This document shows, piece after piece, positions 18,964-28,260 of a DNA stretch of 64,000 bases. Positions within the stretch are counted from its first letter, which is position 1. Every line of letters starts with the position of its first letter. Below the pieces are notes generated by a model. That model was not told where the DNA came from and did not search any database. It saw only the letters and a list, made by a program, of their open reading frames with translations. The stretch spans positions 33,005 through 97,004 of the forward strand of contig PMLO01000090.1 of NCBI GenBank assembly GCA_003158895.1, in the 5' to 3' direction. The stretch is from Propionibacteriaceae bacterium (GTDB lineage: Bacteria; Actinomycetota; Actinomycetes; Propionibacteriales; Propionibacteriaceae). The translations under genes and the position numbers were made by a program.

Positions 18964-19045
18964 CTCGCTAGGGCGCTGGTGGCGCCGAGACCGGCAGCCC
19001 GATCTTTCTGATGCGTGGCCCGTTGCCCGCCCTGGCGTCGCTGCC

Positions 19046-19073
19046 TTGCCCAGGTGGCCCTTGCGCTGGGCAA
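19046..19073. terminator. hairpin between tRNA-His and the 3' end of iolD
   Basis: TTGCCCAG-N12-CTGGGCAA followed by CTTTGTAAAG, in a locally AT-richer spacer. Confidence 0.35.
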
Positions 19074-19132
19074 CTTTGTAAAGACATTCGTCTATTCACG
19101 CAACATGTGTTCATCTTGCGTCATCCGGACGC

Positions 19133-21031
19133 CTACAGGTAATGCCGCTGCGCTGCCTTCGCGGCGACGTACTCCGCGTACGCCTTCTGCGTGCTCCCCA
19201 GCTCGGACACCTGGGACACGGGAACATCCCACCATGCCGTACCGGGCGGGTTGGGGCCGTACAGGTCCGTCTCTATGTACAGGACGGTCGTACGGTCGCT
19301 CGCCGCGGCCTTCGCGTAGTTCTCGCGGAACTCGGCCATCCCGTGGCATCTCAGGACATCGGCTCCCCAGCTGGCGGCGTTGGCGGCCAGGTCGAACGGT
19401 ACGTCGTCGCCGTCGAGCCGACCGGACGTGGAGCGCACCTTGTAGCGGGTGCCGAAGCGCTGCGAGCCGCGCGACTCCGACAGCGCACCGATCGAGGCGA
19501 ACCCGTGGTTCTGCAGCAACACGAGGATGACCTTGATGCCCTCCTGGGCCATCGTCGCGATCTCCATGGGCAGCATCTGGTACGTACCGTCACCGACGAT
19601 CGCCACGACCTCGTGGTCGTCGCCGACAGCGAGCTTCACGCCCATGGCGGCAGGGATCTCGTAGCCCATGCAGGAGTACGCGTACTCGAGGTGGTACTGC
19701 TCAGGCGTCCGCGCGCGCCACAGCGCCTGCAGGTCGCCGGGCATCGAACCGGCTGCGTTGATGACCACGTCGTAGTCGTCCATGAGCTCGTTGAGCGCCC
19801 CGAACACCTCGGTCTGGGCAGGCAGCTCCTGGTCGTGGGGCGCGATGCAGGTGTCGATGACCTTCTGCCACTCGTCGTCGAGCTCCCCTGCCCGCGCCTG
19901 ATACGAGGGGTCGGTGCTCCAGCCGGCAAGCGCGGCGGTAAGCGCCTCCAGCGTGACCAACGCATCGGCGACGACCATCTCGGCCGCGTGCTTGGCGGCG
20001 TCGAACGAACCCACGTTGACGTTGACGAACGCGACATCCGGGTTGGCGAAGATCGTGTGCGACGCCGTGGTGAAGTCGGAGTAGCGGGTGCCGATGCCGA
20101 TCACGAGGTCGGCGTCGCGGGCCAGCGTGTTCGCCGCCGCGCCTCCGGTGGAGCCCACGCCGCCCACGGCCATGCGGTGGTCGAAGTTGATCGCACCTTT
20201 GCCCGCCTGGGTGTCGGCGACCGGGATGCCGGTTGCGTCGGCGAACGCCCGGAGGGCGTCTGAGGCGCCGGAGTAGATCACTCCGCCGCCCGCGACCACG
20301 AGAGGACGCGTGGACGCCTTGATCGCCGCCACTGCGCGTGCCAGGGCCGCCGCGTCGGGCGCCGGCCGCGCCACATGCCAGATCCGCTTGTCGAACAGAC
20401 GCGTCGGGAAGTCGTACGCCTCGGCCTGTACGTCCTGAGGCAGGCATACCGTGACCGCGCCGGTCTCCGCCGGATCGGTCAGGACCCGCATCGCCGCAAG
20501 CAGAGACGGGATGAGCTGCTCGGGCCGGTTGATCCGGTCCCAGTACCGCGAGACCGGCTTGAACGCATCGTTGACGGAGATGTCGAGCGAGCGCGGGTCC
20601 TCGAGCTGCTGGAGCACCGGGTCCGGGAACCTCGTGGCGAAGATGTCCGATGGCAGGAGCAGTACCGGCAGCCGGTTCGTGGTCGCCAGTGCGGCACCGG
20701 TGATCATGTTGGTGGCGCCAGGCCCGATGGAGGACGTCACGACCCAGGTCTGCAGCCGGTTCTTCGTCTTCGCGTAGGCGGAGGCGGCATGTACGGCTCC
20801 CTGCTCGTTGCGCACGAGGATGTACGGAAGGTCGGGCGCATCAGCAACCCCGTCCAGCGCCTGCACCTCGGCCTGCAGCAGTGCCTGGCCGATTCCGGCG
20901 ACGTTGCCGTGCCCGAAGATGCCGAAACAGCCGGCGAAGAGCTTCTGGGAGACCCCGTCACGCTCGCTGTACTGGTTGGCGAGGAACCTCACCACGGCCT
21001 GTGCGACGGTGAGCCGGACGTTGTCCGTCAT
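19133..21031 (-). CDS. iolD: 3D-(3,5/4)-trihydroxycyclohexane-1,2-dione acylhydrolase (TPP enzyme)
   Basis: N-terminus RLTVAQAVVRFLANQYSERDG...FGIFGHGNVAGIGQAL is typical of IolD; TPP-binding GDGTYQM motif. Confidence 0.85.
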   Translation of the reverse strand: MTDNVRLTVAQAVVRFLANQYSERDGVSQKLFAGCFGIFGHGNVAGIGQALLQAEVQALDGVADAPDLPYILVRNEQGAVHAASAYAKTKNRLQTWVVTSSIGPGATNMITGAALATTNRLPVLLLPSDIFATRFPDPVLQQLEDPRSLDISVNDAFKPVSRYWDRINRPEQLIPSLLAAMRVLTDPAETGAVTVCLPQDVQAEAYDFPTRLFDKRIWHVARPAPDAAALARAVAAIKASTRPLVVAGGGVIYSGASDALRAFADATGIPVADTQAGKGAINFDHRMAVGGVGSTGGAAANTLARDADLVIGIGTRYSDFTTASHTIFANPDVAFVNVNVGSFDAAKHAAEMVVADALVTLEALTAALAGWSTDPSYQARAGELDDEWQKVIDTCIAPHDQELPAQTEVFGALNELMDDYDVVINAAGSMPGDLQALWRARTPEQYHLEYAYSCMGYEIPAAMGVKLAVGDDHEVVAIVGDGTYQMLPMEIATMAQEGIKVILVLLQNHGFASIGALSESRGSQRFGTRYKVRSTSGRLDGDDVPFDLAANAASWGADVLRCHGMAEFRENYAKAAASDRTTVLYIETDLYGPNPPGTAWWDVPVSQVSELGSTQKAYAEYVAAKAAQRHYL

Positions 21032-21050
21032 GGTGTAGCGCTCCGGTCTG

Positions 21051-22121
21051 TCAGGTGGACGGGATCAGGATGTCACGGACGATCTGGTCGAGCTCCTCGT
21101 CGGCCGATAGGAACTGGCGCAGCGTGCGACGGGTCGCCCCGAAGTCGGCGAACTCGTCGGGGGTCATCCCGTCGACCTCGTACGCCTTGCGGAACTCGGG
21201 CATCGTCTCCAGAGCCTCGAGGATCCTCGACTCGACCGGGATGTCCATGCGCGGCTGAGGGTCGATCCCGCTGGCCTGGAAGCGCTCCTGCCAGGCGAAC
21301 GGCGGCGACAGCACGAGGTTGCCGCCGACGAACTCCGTCCACTGCAGCGCGTTGCGGTACGCGGCCACGAGGATCCTGGCGCGCAGCCCACGGGCCTTGA
21401 ACTCCTCGTACGCCTTCTTCACGACAGCGACCCCGGCCCACTCCAGGTAGCCCGGGTCGAAGCACAGGCCGTCCTTCGCGTACACCGACTTCAGCCAGTC
21501 GTCGAGCCGGCCGACCATGATCGTGACGACAGGTCCCGCCGCCGACGTGTCCTCGCCGGCCGCCTCGCGGCGCCTGAGCCCACGCTCGATGGCCTCTCCG
21601 GTCGCGACCGCCTGGGCGACCGTGAACGACACGGTGACGTTGATGTTGACGCCGCGGGCGGTGGCGTCCTCGATGGCCGTGACGCCGACACCCGTGGCCG
21701 GGATCTTCACGATGATGTTCGGGGCCAGGGACGCGAAGTACTCGGCCTGGTCCGCCAGTGCCTGCGCGCTGCGGGCGAGCCGCGGATCGGTCTGCATGGA
21801 GAGTCGCCCGTTGTAGCCCTTGTGGGTCTCGAAGGCCGGCAGGAGCAGCTGGGCCGCTTCGAGCGAGACCTCCTCCACCAGCTTCCAGCCGATCACGGAC
21901 TCGGGCGCCTCAGGAAGCTCCGATACGAGCTCCTTGATCCGCGCTGTCCACCGCGGCAGGTCCGAACGAATGGCGGCGAGAGCGATGACGGGGTTGCACG
22001 TGGCCCCTACCGCCCCCCAGCTGATCGATGTCGAGAGCTCCGAGTACGTCGCGGAGTCGTTCCAGAGCGCTGTCGGGCCGCGCCGAGTCATCAGTCCGAG
22101 CGGAGTGTCGTTGTCTGTCAT
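21051..22121 (-). CDS. transaldolase-family protein
   Basis: GATCNP motif and Schiff-base lysine context IIVKIPAT. Confidence 0.75.
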   Translation of the reverse strand: MTDNDTPLGLMTRRGPTALWNDSATYSELSTSISWGAVGATCNPVIALAAIRSDLPRWTARIKELVSELPEAPESVIGWKLVEEVSLEAAQLLLPAFETHKGYNGRLSMQTDPRLARSAQALADQAEYFASLAPNIIVKIPATGVGVTAIEDATARGVNINVTVSFTVAQAVATGEAIERGLRRREAAGEDTSAAGPVVTIMVGRLDDWLKSVYAKDGLCFDPGYLEWAGVAVVKKAYEEFKARGLRARILVAAYRNALQWTEFVGGNLVLSPPFAWQERFQASGIDPQPRMDIPVESRILEALETMPEFRKAYEVDGMTPDEFADFGATRRTLRQFLSADEELDQIVRDILIPST

Positions 22122-22199
22122 AACGCCTCTTCGTTGAGCTGGCGGCCGGTGGACGAACGGGAGTCATTGAATCCCTGAGCCGCGAACACTGTCAATAGA

Positions 22200-23570
22200 A
22201 TGTCCTCACAATGTACCAGTTCGAGCGGACATGAACTCAGTTCGCGGACCTGGCGGTGGGTCGCGTCGGTCATCGGCAAGAATGGCTCCGTGCCCGCCGA
22301 CCTGACGATCCCCCGCAGCCCTCACCGGTTGCCGGCTCTCGTACGGGCTCGTCTGGCCGTCGCGCTCGCCGTGGGGAGCATGGCCGGCGCGGCCTCACGA
22401 GTTGCCGGACGCGGCTCCGGAGCCTCGATCCGCGGCCAGCTGATGATGAGGATCGCACCCGACGCGCTCGCCAACCTCCTCCCCGGCCGCACGATCGCCA
22501 GCGTCTCCGGCACGAACGGCAAGACGACGACGACCCATCTGCTCGCCGCGGCCGTGAAGGCTGCGGTCGGCGCCGACCGAGTCGTCACCAACGCCGACGG
22601 CGCGAACCTGCACTACGGCATCGCGTCCGCCCTCGCCGTCGCGCCTGGGCGCGATGTGGCGATCCTGGAGACCGACGAACGGGTCGTCCCCGATGTCGTA
22701 CGGCTCGGACGCCCAGCGGTGCTCGTGCTCCTCAACTTCTCCCGCGACCAGATGGACCGCAACCACGAGATCAAGTCGCTGGGCCGCGGCTGGCGCGACG
22801 CGCTGTCACGTGCCGGGGCAGACGGTCCCGTCGTCATCGCCAACGCGGACGACCCGCTGGTCACGTGGGCCGCCCGCTCGGCGACCAAAGTGGTCTGGGT
22901 CGACACCGCGACGTCTTGGACCCAGGATGCGTCGCTGTGTCCCGAGTGCGGCACGATGCTGACACGTACGAATGGCCGCTGGGCCTGTCCGACCGGCGAT
23001 CTCGTACAGCCCGAGGCCACCTGGCGCGTCGACGGCGACGCGGTCGTCGACCCGGACGGAACCCGCTGGGAGCTCGGGCTCAAGGTACCCGGCGCGTTCA
23101 ACGTCTCCAACGGCGCGTGCGCCCTCGCAGCGGCCGCCGAGCTGGGCATCGATCCGGAGGCGGCGATCCGCGGGATGCGTACGATCACGTCACCGGCCGG
23201 CCGGTACGCGACGGCCCACTTCGGCTCCACCACCGCTCGGCTCCTGCTCGCGAAGAATCCTGCCGGCTGGGCGGAGGCGCTCCCACTCACCACGAGCGGT
23301 ACTGTCGTTCTTGCCATCGACTCCGCCGCTGCCGACGGACGTGACGTCAGTTGGCTGTGGGATGTCGAGTACGAACAGCTGGCCGGACGGCACGTCGTCG
23401 CCACTGGGCCGCGCGCCCAGGACCTGTCGGTCCGGCTCCTCTATGCCGAGGTCGAGCACAGCGTGGTGCCCGACCTCGCCGTTGCAGTCGCCGGTCACAC
23501 AGACCCGGTGGATGTGGTGGCCACGTACACGCCGTTCCAGCGGCTGCGGAAGCTGGGCGGTCTGACATGA
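22200..23570 (+). CDS. murT: Mur-ligase-family lipid II isoglutaminyl synthase subunit MurT
   Basis: SGTNGKTTTTHLL P-loop, CPECG...C Zn-ribbon insert, DUF1727-like C-terminus. The real start is probably downstream of 22200 (around 22290). Confidence 0.8.
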   Translation: MSSQCTSSSGHELSSRTWRWVASVIGKNGSVPADLTIPRSPHRLPALVRARLAVALAVGSMAGAASRVAGRGSGASIRGQLMMRIAPDALANLLPGRTIASVSGTNGKTTTTHLLAAAVKAAVGADRVVTNADGANLHYGIASALAVAPGRDVAILETDERVVPDVVRLGRPAVLVLLNFSRDQMDRNHEIKSLGRGWRDALSRAGADGPVVIANADDPLVTWAARSATKVVWVDTATSWTQDASLCPECGTMLTRTNGRWACPTGDLVQPEATWRVDGDAVVDPDGTRWELGLKVPGAFNVSNGACALAAAAELGIDPEAAIRGMRTITSPAGRYATAHFGSTTARLLLAKNPAGWAEALPLTTSGTVVLAIDSAAADGRDVSWLWDVEYEQLAGRHVVATGPRAQDLSVRLLYAEVEHSVVPDLAVAVAGHTDPVDVVATYTPFQRLRKLGGLT

Positions 23571-24301
23571 GCCCCGTGACGATCGTCCTGGTCTACCAGT
23601 CGTTGCTCGGCATCTACGGCGACCGTGGCAACGCGACGGTGCTCAGCAAGCGCCTCACCTGGCGTGGCATCGACGCCCGAGTCGTCATCGTGGAGCCCGG
23701 TGAGGAGCTGCCCGCTGACGGTCAGGTCTACCTCCTGGGAGGCGGCGAGGACCTCGCCCAGACCACGGCTGTCCGGGAGCTCACGAAGGACGGCAACCTG
23801 TTCCGGGCTCTCGATGCGGGTGCGGCGGTGCTCGCCGTGTGCGCCGGCTACCAGATCTGCGGCACGACGTTCACGATCGGTGAGCGCGACGAGGTCGTAC
23901 CGGGTCTCGGCATCCTTGACGTCGAGACCCGTCGCGGGGACGTACGAGCGGTCGGCGAGATCCTGTATCGCTGGACCAAGCCCGACGGTACGACCTCGCT
24001 CGTCACCGGGTTCGAGAACCATGGCGGCTTCACGCGGCTCGGCGCCGACGCGCGCCCGCTGGGCGTCGTCGAGAAGGGCATCGGCAACGGCTACGACCAT
24101 TCAGAGGGTGCTCAGCAGGGGAAGGTCGTCGGGACGTACCCGCACGGACCTGTTCTGGCGCGCAATCCCGAGCTGGCCGACCACGTGCTGGAGCTGGCCC
24201 TCGGCTACTCGCTCGACCCGCTGCCCCGTCCCGCCATCGACGTGCTGAGGCGTCAGCGGATCGCGGCAGTCAGCGGGCAGCCGGAGCGCCCTGAGAGGTA
24301 G
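23567..24301 (+). CDS. gatD: glutamine amidotransferase subunit GatD
   Basis: The ATG forms ATGA with the murT stop. MSPVTIVLVYQSLLGIYGDRGN..., nucleophile Cys in LAVCAGYQ. Confidence 0.8.
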   Translation: MSPVTIVLVYQSLLGIYGDRGNATVLSKRLTWRGIDARVVIVEPGEELPADGQVYLLGGGEDLAQTTAVRELTKDGNLFRALDAGAAVLAVCAGYQICGTTFTIGERDEVVPGLGILDVETRRGDVRAVGEILYRWTKPDGTTSLVTGFENHGGFTRLGADARPLGVVEKGIGNGYDHSEGAQQGKVVGTYPHGPVLARNPELADHVLELALGYSLDPLPRPAIDVLRRQRIAAVSGQPERPER

Positions 24302-24308
24302 TGCCTCG

Positions 24309-24941
24309 CTACACGACCCGCCAGGACCACGAGAAACGGTTGTCCGCGTAGGTGAGGAACTGGGGGATGAACCCGGGCGTGGCCTGGAACGAGATGTACC
24401 CGGAGGCGCACTGGCCCTTGAGGTAGTACCACTCGTCCGGGAAGTTCGGGTCTGGGCCTCCGGTCGCCAGAGGCACGAGCAGCTCGTTCGTGCTGCGCGA
24501 CACGAGCGTCCAGAAGTTGCGCATGATCGGGACCCGGCCGCCCGCCGCGCTGCCGATGGTCGAGTTGACACACACGCTGACCTGGAAGCTGAGGATGCTG
24601 TCCGCGGTCCGCGGAAGTGTCTGCGTCAGCGTCACGATGAGGGGCTGCGCCTCCACGTCGTCGCTGGGCGGTGCGGGCGTGAACGCGCTCTCGGTGGCCA
24701 CGTCGACCGGCTGGTACGGGGTGACGGGGGCTGTCGCAGGCCCGGTCGCGGTGGGCAGCTTCGGGGCCACGAACAGCCCGCGCCCCGCGCCTCCGATAGC
24801 GAGCGCGGCGACGATCGCCCCGACCACCAGGAGAGCGAACGGTACGAGGAGGCGCCGGTTAGCCGTACGTGGAGGCTCGGGAGGAAGCGTGGAGTCCCAC
24901 TCGTCGAGGTACTCGACGCGATCCGACTCATCCTCCATCAT
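24309..24941 (-). CDS. membrane-anchored hypothetical protein
   Basis: Single TM helix (LLVPFALLVVGAIVAALAIGG), then a Pro/Thr linker and a beta-rich domain. Confidence 0.55.
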   Translation of the reverse strand: MMEDESDRVEYLDEWDSTLPPEPPRTANRRLLVPFALLVVGAIVAALAIGGAGRGLFVAPKLPTATGPATAPVTPYQPVDVATESAFTPAPPSDDVEAQPLIVTLTQTLPRTADSILSFQVSVCVNSTIGSAAGGRVPIMRNFWTLVSRSTNELLVPLATGGPDPNFPDEWYYLKGQCASGYISFQATPGFIPQFLTYADNRFSWSWRVV

Positions 24942-25063
24942 CCAAGAATGTCATAGGGCGCCAACCGGGGTCCCATGGAAAAGCCGGCCTCCGGGTCGTG
25001 GGCAAGCGGGCACCTCGGATTCGCTGCAGGCGAGCCCTGTTTGCTACTGTTGACCCTCGGCGC

Positions 25064-25403
<340 letters not shown>

Positions 25404-25419
25404 GCGCTGGATGCTACCT

Positions 25420-25471
25420 CTGACGTCACGCGTCAGCAACGACACTTGACGTAGTTGACGCGTGACGTCAG
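25420..25471. promoter_or_regulatory. inverted-repeat operator in a divergent promoter
   Basis: CTGACGTCACGCGTCAG (25420-25436) and its reverse complement TGACGCGTGACGTCAG (25456-25471). More TGACG half-sites occur at 25447-25460 and 25496-25510. Confidence 0.6.
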
Positions 25472-25481
25472 AATCGACGCC

Positions 25482-25700
25482 ATGAACGTACGCGATACGT
25501 CAGATGTGACGCCCCAAGACGCTTGGCTGACCGCAGCAGAGGCTGCCCCGTTGATCCCGACCGCGAGCGTACGCATGGTGCAGCGGTGGATGAAGGACGG
25601 TCGGCTGCCTTCCGTCCTCCTGCCGAACGGTCGCCGGGTGACTCGCCGTGAGGATGTCGAGGCCCTGTTGTCGCCGTCGGTTCCGAGTCGGGTGGCGTGA
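25482..25700 (+). CDS. excisionase-family / MerR-like HTH DNA-binding protein
   Basis: WLTAAEAAPLIPTASVRMVQRWMKDGRLPSVLLPNGRRVTRREDVEALL. ATG 25482 is preferred over TTG 25455. Confidence 0.6.
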   Translation: MNVRDTSDVTPQDAWLTAAEAAPLIPTASVRMVQRWMKDGRLPSVLLPNGRRVTRREDVEALLSPSVPSRVA

Positions 25701-27178
25701 TGACGGATCAGGAGGCCGATGAGGTGATGGACCTGGGCCTTATCACCCGCGCGGATCTGTTGACCGAGTTGTACGTGTTCGCACGCGAGCTCGGCGAGCG
25801 AACCAGTGACAGGACAGCCGGCCGAAGCTGGTCCGATCTTGCCTCCTGCCTTGAGCGTGGTGAGCCCCTGCGGCTCAGCGAGCGGAACGTTGATCTCCTC
25901 GCGACGATGTTCGCCGAGCATGACGCCGAGTGGTCGTCGGCGCGCTCGCCCGGCGTCACTGGCGTTCAGGAAGCCGTAGCCGCTGCCCAACGCGGAGAAT
26001 CCTGGCTCAGCGACGAATGGATCTTCTTTGACGCGGAGCAGCGACGCGCGCTGGTCGGGGCTCTTGCGTCCTTGGGGCGGTTCGAGGCCGACGTGGCCAC
26101 ACGCGTTCTTCAGTACCTCGACGATCCGCACACGTCGTTTGTGAACGGGTCCGCGGTCGCTGTCGTTGACAGGGCTGCGTCCGACCTTGCCGTGTCGGCC
26201 GACTGCGCGGCGCTGGCAGCGCGTGTTCAGGATGGTGCGGCGGTCTTCGACGACAACGAGATAGCGCTCCTCGCGCACGCCAACCGGCGTCAGCAGAGCA
26301 GAGGCATCCTCGGCGTCCATCCGGTCCCGCAACAGTTTCAGACCGATCGGGTCCCCGCCCACCGCGACCTCATCGCCCCTCGCCTGGAAGGGCCGAAAGA
26401 GTGCACCGTCGTCCTCGACGAGGAGCAGCGCCGAGAGATGATCGCGGCCTTGGCCAGCCTCAGCAAGAGCCAAGGCGCCACGGTAGGGCACTACCTCAGG
26501 GACCTCGAAGGGCCGGACCTGCTCTTCACGGACGGTTCGGCCGCCCAAGTCATCAACAACGCCGCGCGGACCCTAGGCAGGTCGGGCGAGTGCGCGGCAC
26601 TTGCTGCCGGGATCAAGTCAGGGACACAGGCGTTCGACCAAGGCGAGATTGGTCTCCTCGCGGAGGCAGCTTCCCGTCAGTGGGGAGAGGGCATTCCCGA
26701 CAGCATGGGGACGGTCGCACCGCAGCTGCTCGCGACCCGTCCCTGGTTCAACGGCTTCCAGGAGCACATCGCTGATCTGGTGAAGGAGGCGGAGGCTTAC
26801 CGCGCGGAGCAGGAGCCGGGTTTGGCCCCGGAGTCGATTCACCCCGCGAGCGTGGCTGGTGTGAGTGCTGAATTGGCGGCGACCGATGAGTCGTGGGTGT
26901 CGGATGCTCCTTCGCTGACGTGTGTGGGTGTCGCGCGGGTGTTGGCGGAGCGGCTGGCGGAGGTTGATTCGTGGTTGCCTTCGGAGGCTGCGCGCCATCC
27001 CGGGTTGGCTGAGGAGCTGGAGTATCACCTGGCTGCTGGCGGGCCCCGGTCAGAGAGCCCTTCCCCCGAGCGGGCGGCGCTGGTGTGGGCTGCTGTCGCG
27101 GGGACGCTGCATGGTGCTGCGTGGGCTCTCAAGTGGCCGTCGATGTACCAGTCGGGCACGGAGCGGCGGGGCCTGTGA
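25697..27178 (+). CDS. hypothetical protein with a roughly 90-aa internal module, two clear copies and possibly a third
   Basis: Repeat pair ALVGALASLGRFEADV...CAALAARVQDGAAVFDDNEIALLAHA and MIAALASLSKSQGATV...CAALAAGIKSGTQAFDQGEIGLLAEA. Confidence 0.55.
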   Translation: MMTDQEADEVMDLGLITRADLLTELYVFARELGERTSDRTAGRSWSDLASCLERGEPLRLSERNVDLLATMFAEHDAEWSSARSPGVTGVQEAVAAAQRGESWLSDEWIFFDAEQRRALVGALASLGRFEADVATRVLQYLDDPHTSFVNGSAVAVVDRAASDLAVSADCAALAARVQDGAAVFDDNEIALLAHANRRQQSRGILGVHPVPQQFQTDRVPAHRDLIAPRLEGPKECTVVLDEEQRREMIAALASLSKSQGATVGHYLRDLEGPDLLFTDGSAAQVINNAARTLGRSGECAALAAGIKSGTQAFDQGEIGLLAEAASRQWGEGIPDSMGTVAPQLLATRPWFNGFQEHIADLVKEAEAYRAEQEPGLAPESIHPASVAGVSAELAATDESWVSDAPSLTCVGVARVLAERLAEVDSWLPSEAARHPGLAEELEYHLAAGGPRSESPSPERAALVWAAVAGTLHGAAWALKWPSMYQSGTERRGL

Positions 27179-28032
27179 CGGGCCTGGCGGGTTTGCTGGG
27201 TGGTCCGGTCCGGGCATGGCAGGCCGGTGATGAGGCGTGGGTTGTCGCGGAGGCGTTGCTGAGCTCGGTGTGGGCGCCTGCTGCTGGCGAGGTCGGGCTG
27301 TGGCTGTCAGATCAGCCGCGGTCGTTGTCGCCGACCGCGGTGGCTGCTGGGGTTCAGGCTGCTGCCCGGAGGGTCGGCTGTTGGCCGGGCCGCGGTCTCT
27401 TTGCGTCGAGTACGTCGTCTGAGGTCTGGTCTGACCTGGTCGCTGGCCCTGGTCCGGTCGTCCCTGCGGAGCGGGCGGAGAGTGTCGACGTGTGGCTGGT
27501 CCGGGCCGCGGCCCGGTACGAGGCTGCTGTCGGGACCGAGGTGCCGATGGGTGTGGTGCCGCTGATCAGTACTGGCCTGTCGGCTGTCGCCGAGGTCGTC
27601 TCGGCGGCCGGTGCGGGGGGTCCGCGCCGGTCGTTGTCGGGGTGGCGGTGTGCGTCGTCGTCGTACAGCTCGTCTCGTCGTCCGCCACTGCCGGCGGAGT
27701 TGCAAGCGTGGGGCCTGGCTCGTCGCGAGTCGGTGTTGTTGTCGCGGCTGGTCCTGGGATCGGTGTACGCGGATGCCGGCGTGTACGGGTCGAGTGTCCT
27801 GTGTGCCCCTCTCGATCTGCCAGTCAGTGATGTGGCGGCGGGCAGGTGGGCTGCGACCGTGACCCGGCTCGCGGTTCCCGACGTGGACCATGCCGGGCTG
27901 TGCGAGGTGTCACGTCAGGTCCGCGCGTACCGGGAGTCACTGGCCGTTGAACCGATCCAGGAGTCTGAGTCGCCGGTCGAGGAGTCTGAGCCGATCCAGG
28001 AGCCGCTGTTCGGATTCGAGGTGGCCGCATGA
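27175..28032 (+). CDS. hypothetical protein
   Basis: GTG 27175 overlaps the upstream stop (GTGA). Good GC3. Acidic C-terminal mini-repeat EPIQESESPVEESEPIQEP. Confidence 0.45.
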   Translation: MTGLAGLLGGPVRAWQAGDEAWVVAEALLSSVWAPAAGEVGLWLSDQPRSLSPTAVAAGVQAAARRVGCWPGRGLFASSTSSEVWSDLVAGPGPVVPAERAESVDVWLVRAAARYEAAVGTEVPMGVVPLISTGLSAVAEVVSAAGAGGPRRSLSGWRCASSSYSSSRRPPLPAELQAWGLARRESVLLSRLVLGSVYADAGVYGSSVLCAPLDLPVSDVAAGRWAATVTRLAVPDVDHAGLCEVSRQVRAYRESLAVEPIQESESPVEESEPIQEPLFGFEVAA

Positions 28033-28038
28033 AATGAC

Positions 28039-28068
28039 TCAGGCCCCCATCTTCCGATGAGGGCCTGA
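28039..28068 (+). terminator. hairpin terminator candidate
   Basis: TCAGGCCC-N14-GGGCCTGA immediately after the stop at 28030-28032. Confidence 0.4.
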
Positions 28069-28131
28069 CCACCGTTTCGCCCCAGTTACGAGCTGGGATT
28101 CAACATTTCCCGTCGCCCGACAGGAGTTCTT

Positions 28132-28260
28132 ATGGCGGAAATCCTAGCGTCAGGGCCGCCTGGCCGCAAGCCCAAGGGCGAGCGCCCCGGGGAGGCCCGT
28201 GCGTTCACGGGCGCGTTGCAGGGCCGCTTGTCACGCTTCGTCCCCCCGTGGCAGGTCTAG
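28132..28260 (+). CDS. small (42 aa) basic protein, unannotated in the ORF track
   Basis: CAGGAG RBS at 28121-28126; MAEILASGPPGRKPKGERPGEARAFTGALQGRLSRFVPPWQV; high GC3; TAG abuts ATG 28261. Confidence 0.35.
   Translation: MAEILASGPPGRKPKGERPGEARAFTGALQGRLSRFVPPWQV

Noticed and set aside
19133-22121. iolD plus a transaldolase-family gene as an unusual partial inositol pathway
   Set aside because: Both genes look intact and ordinary. The other iol genes may simply lie elsewhere, and the sequence shows no anomaly.
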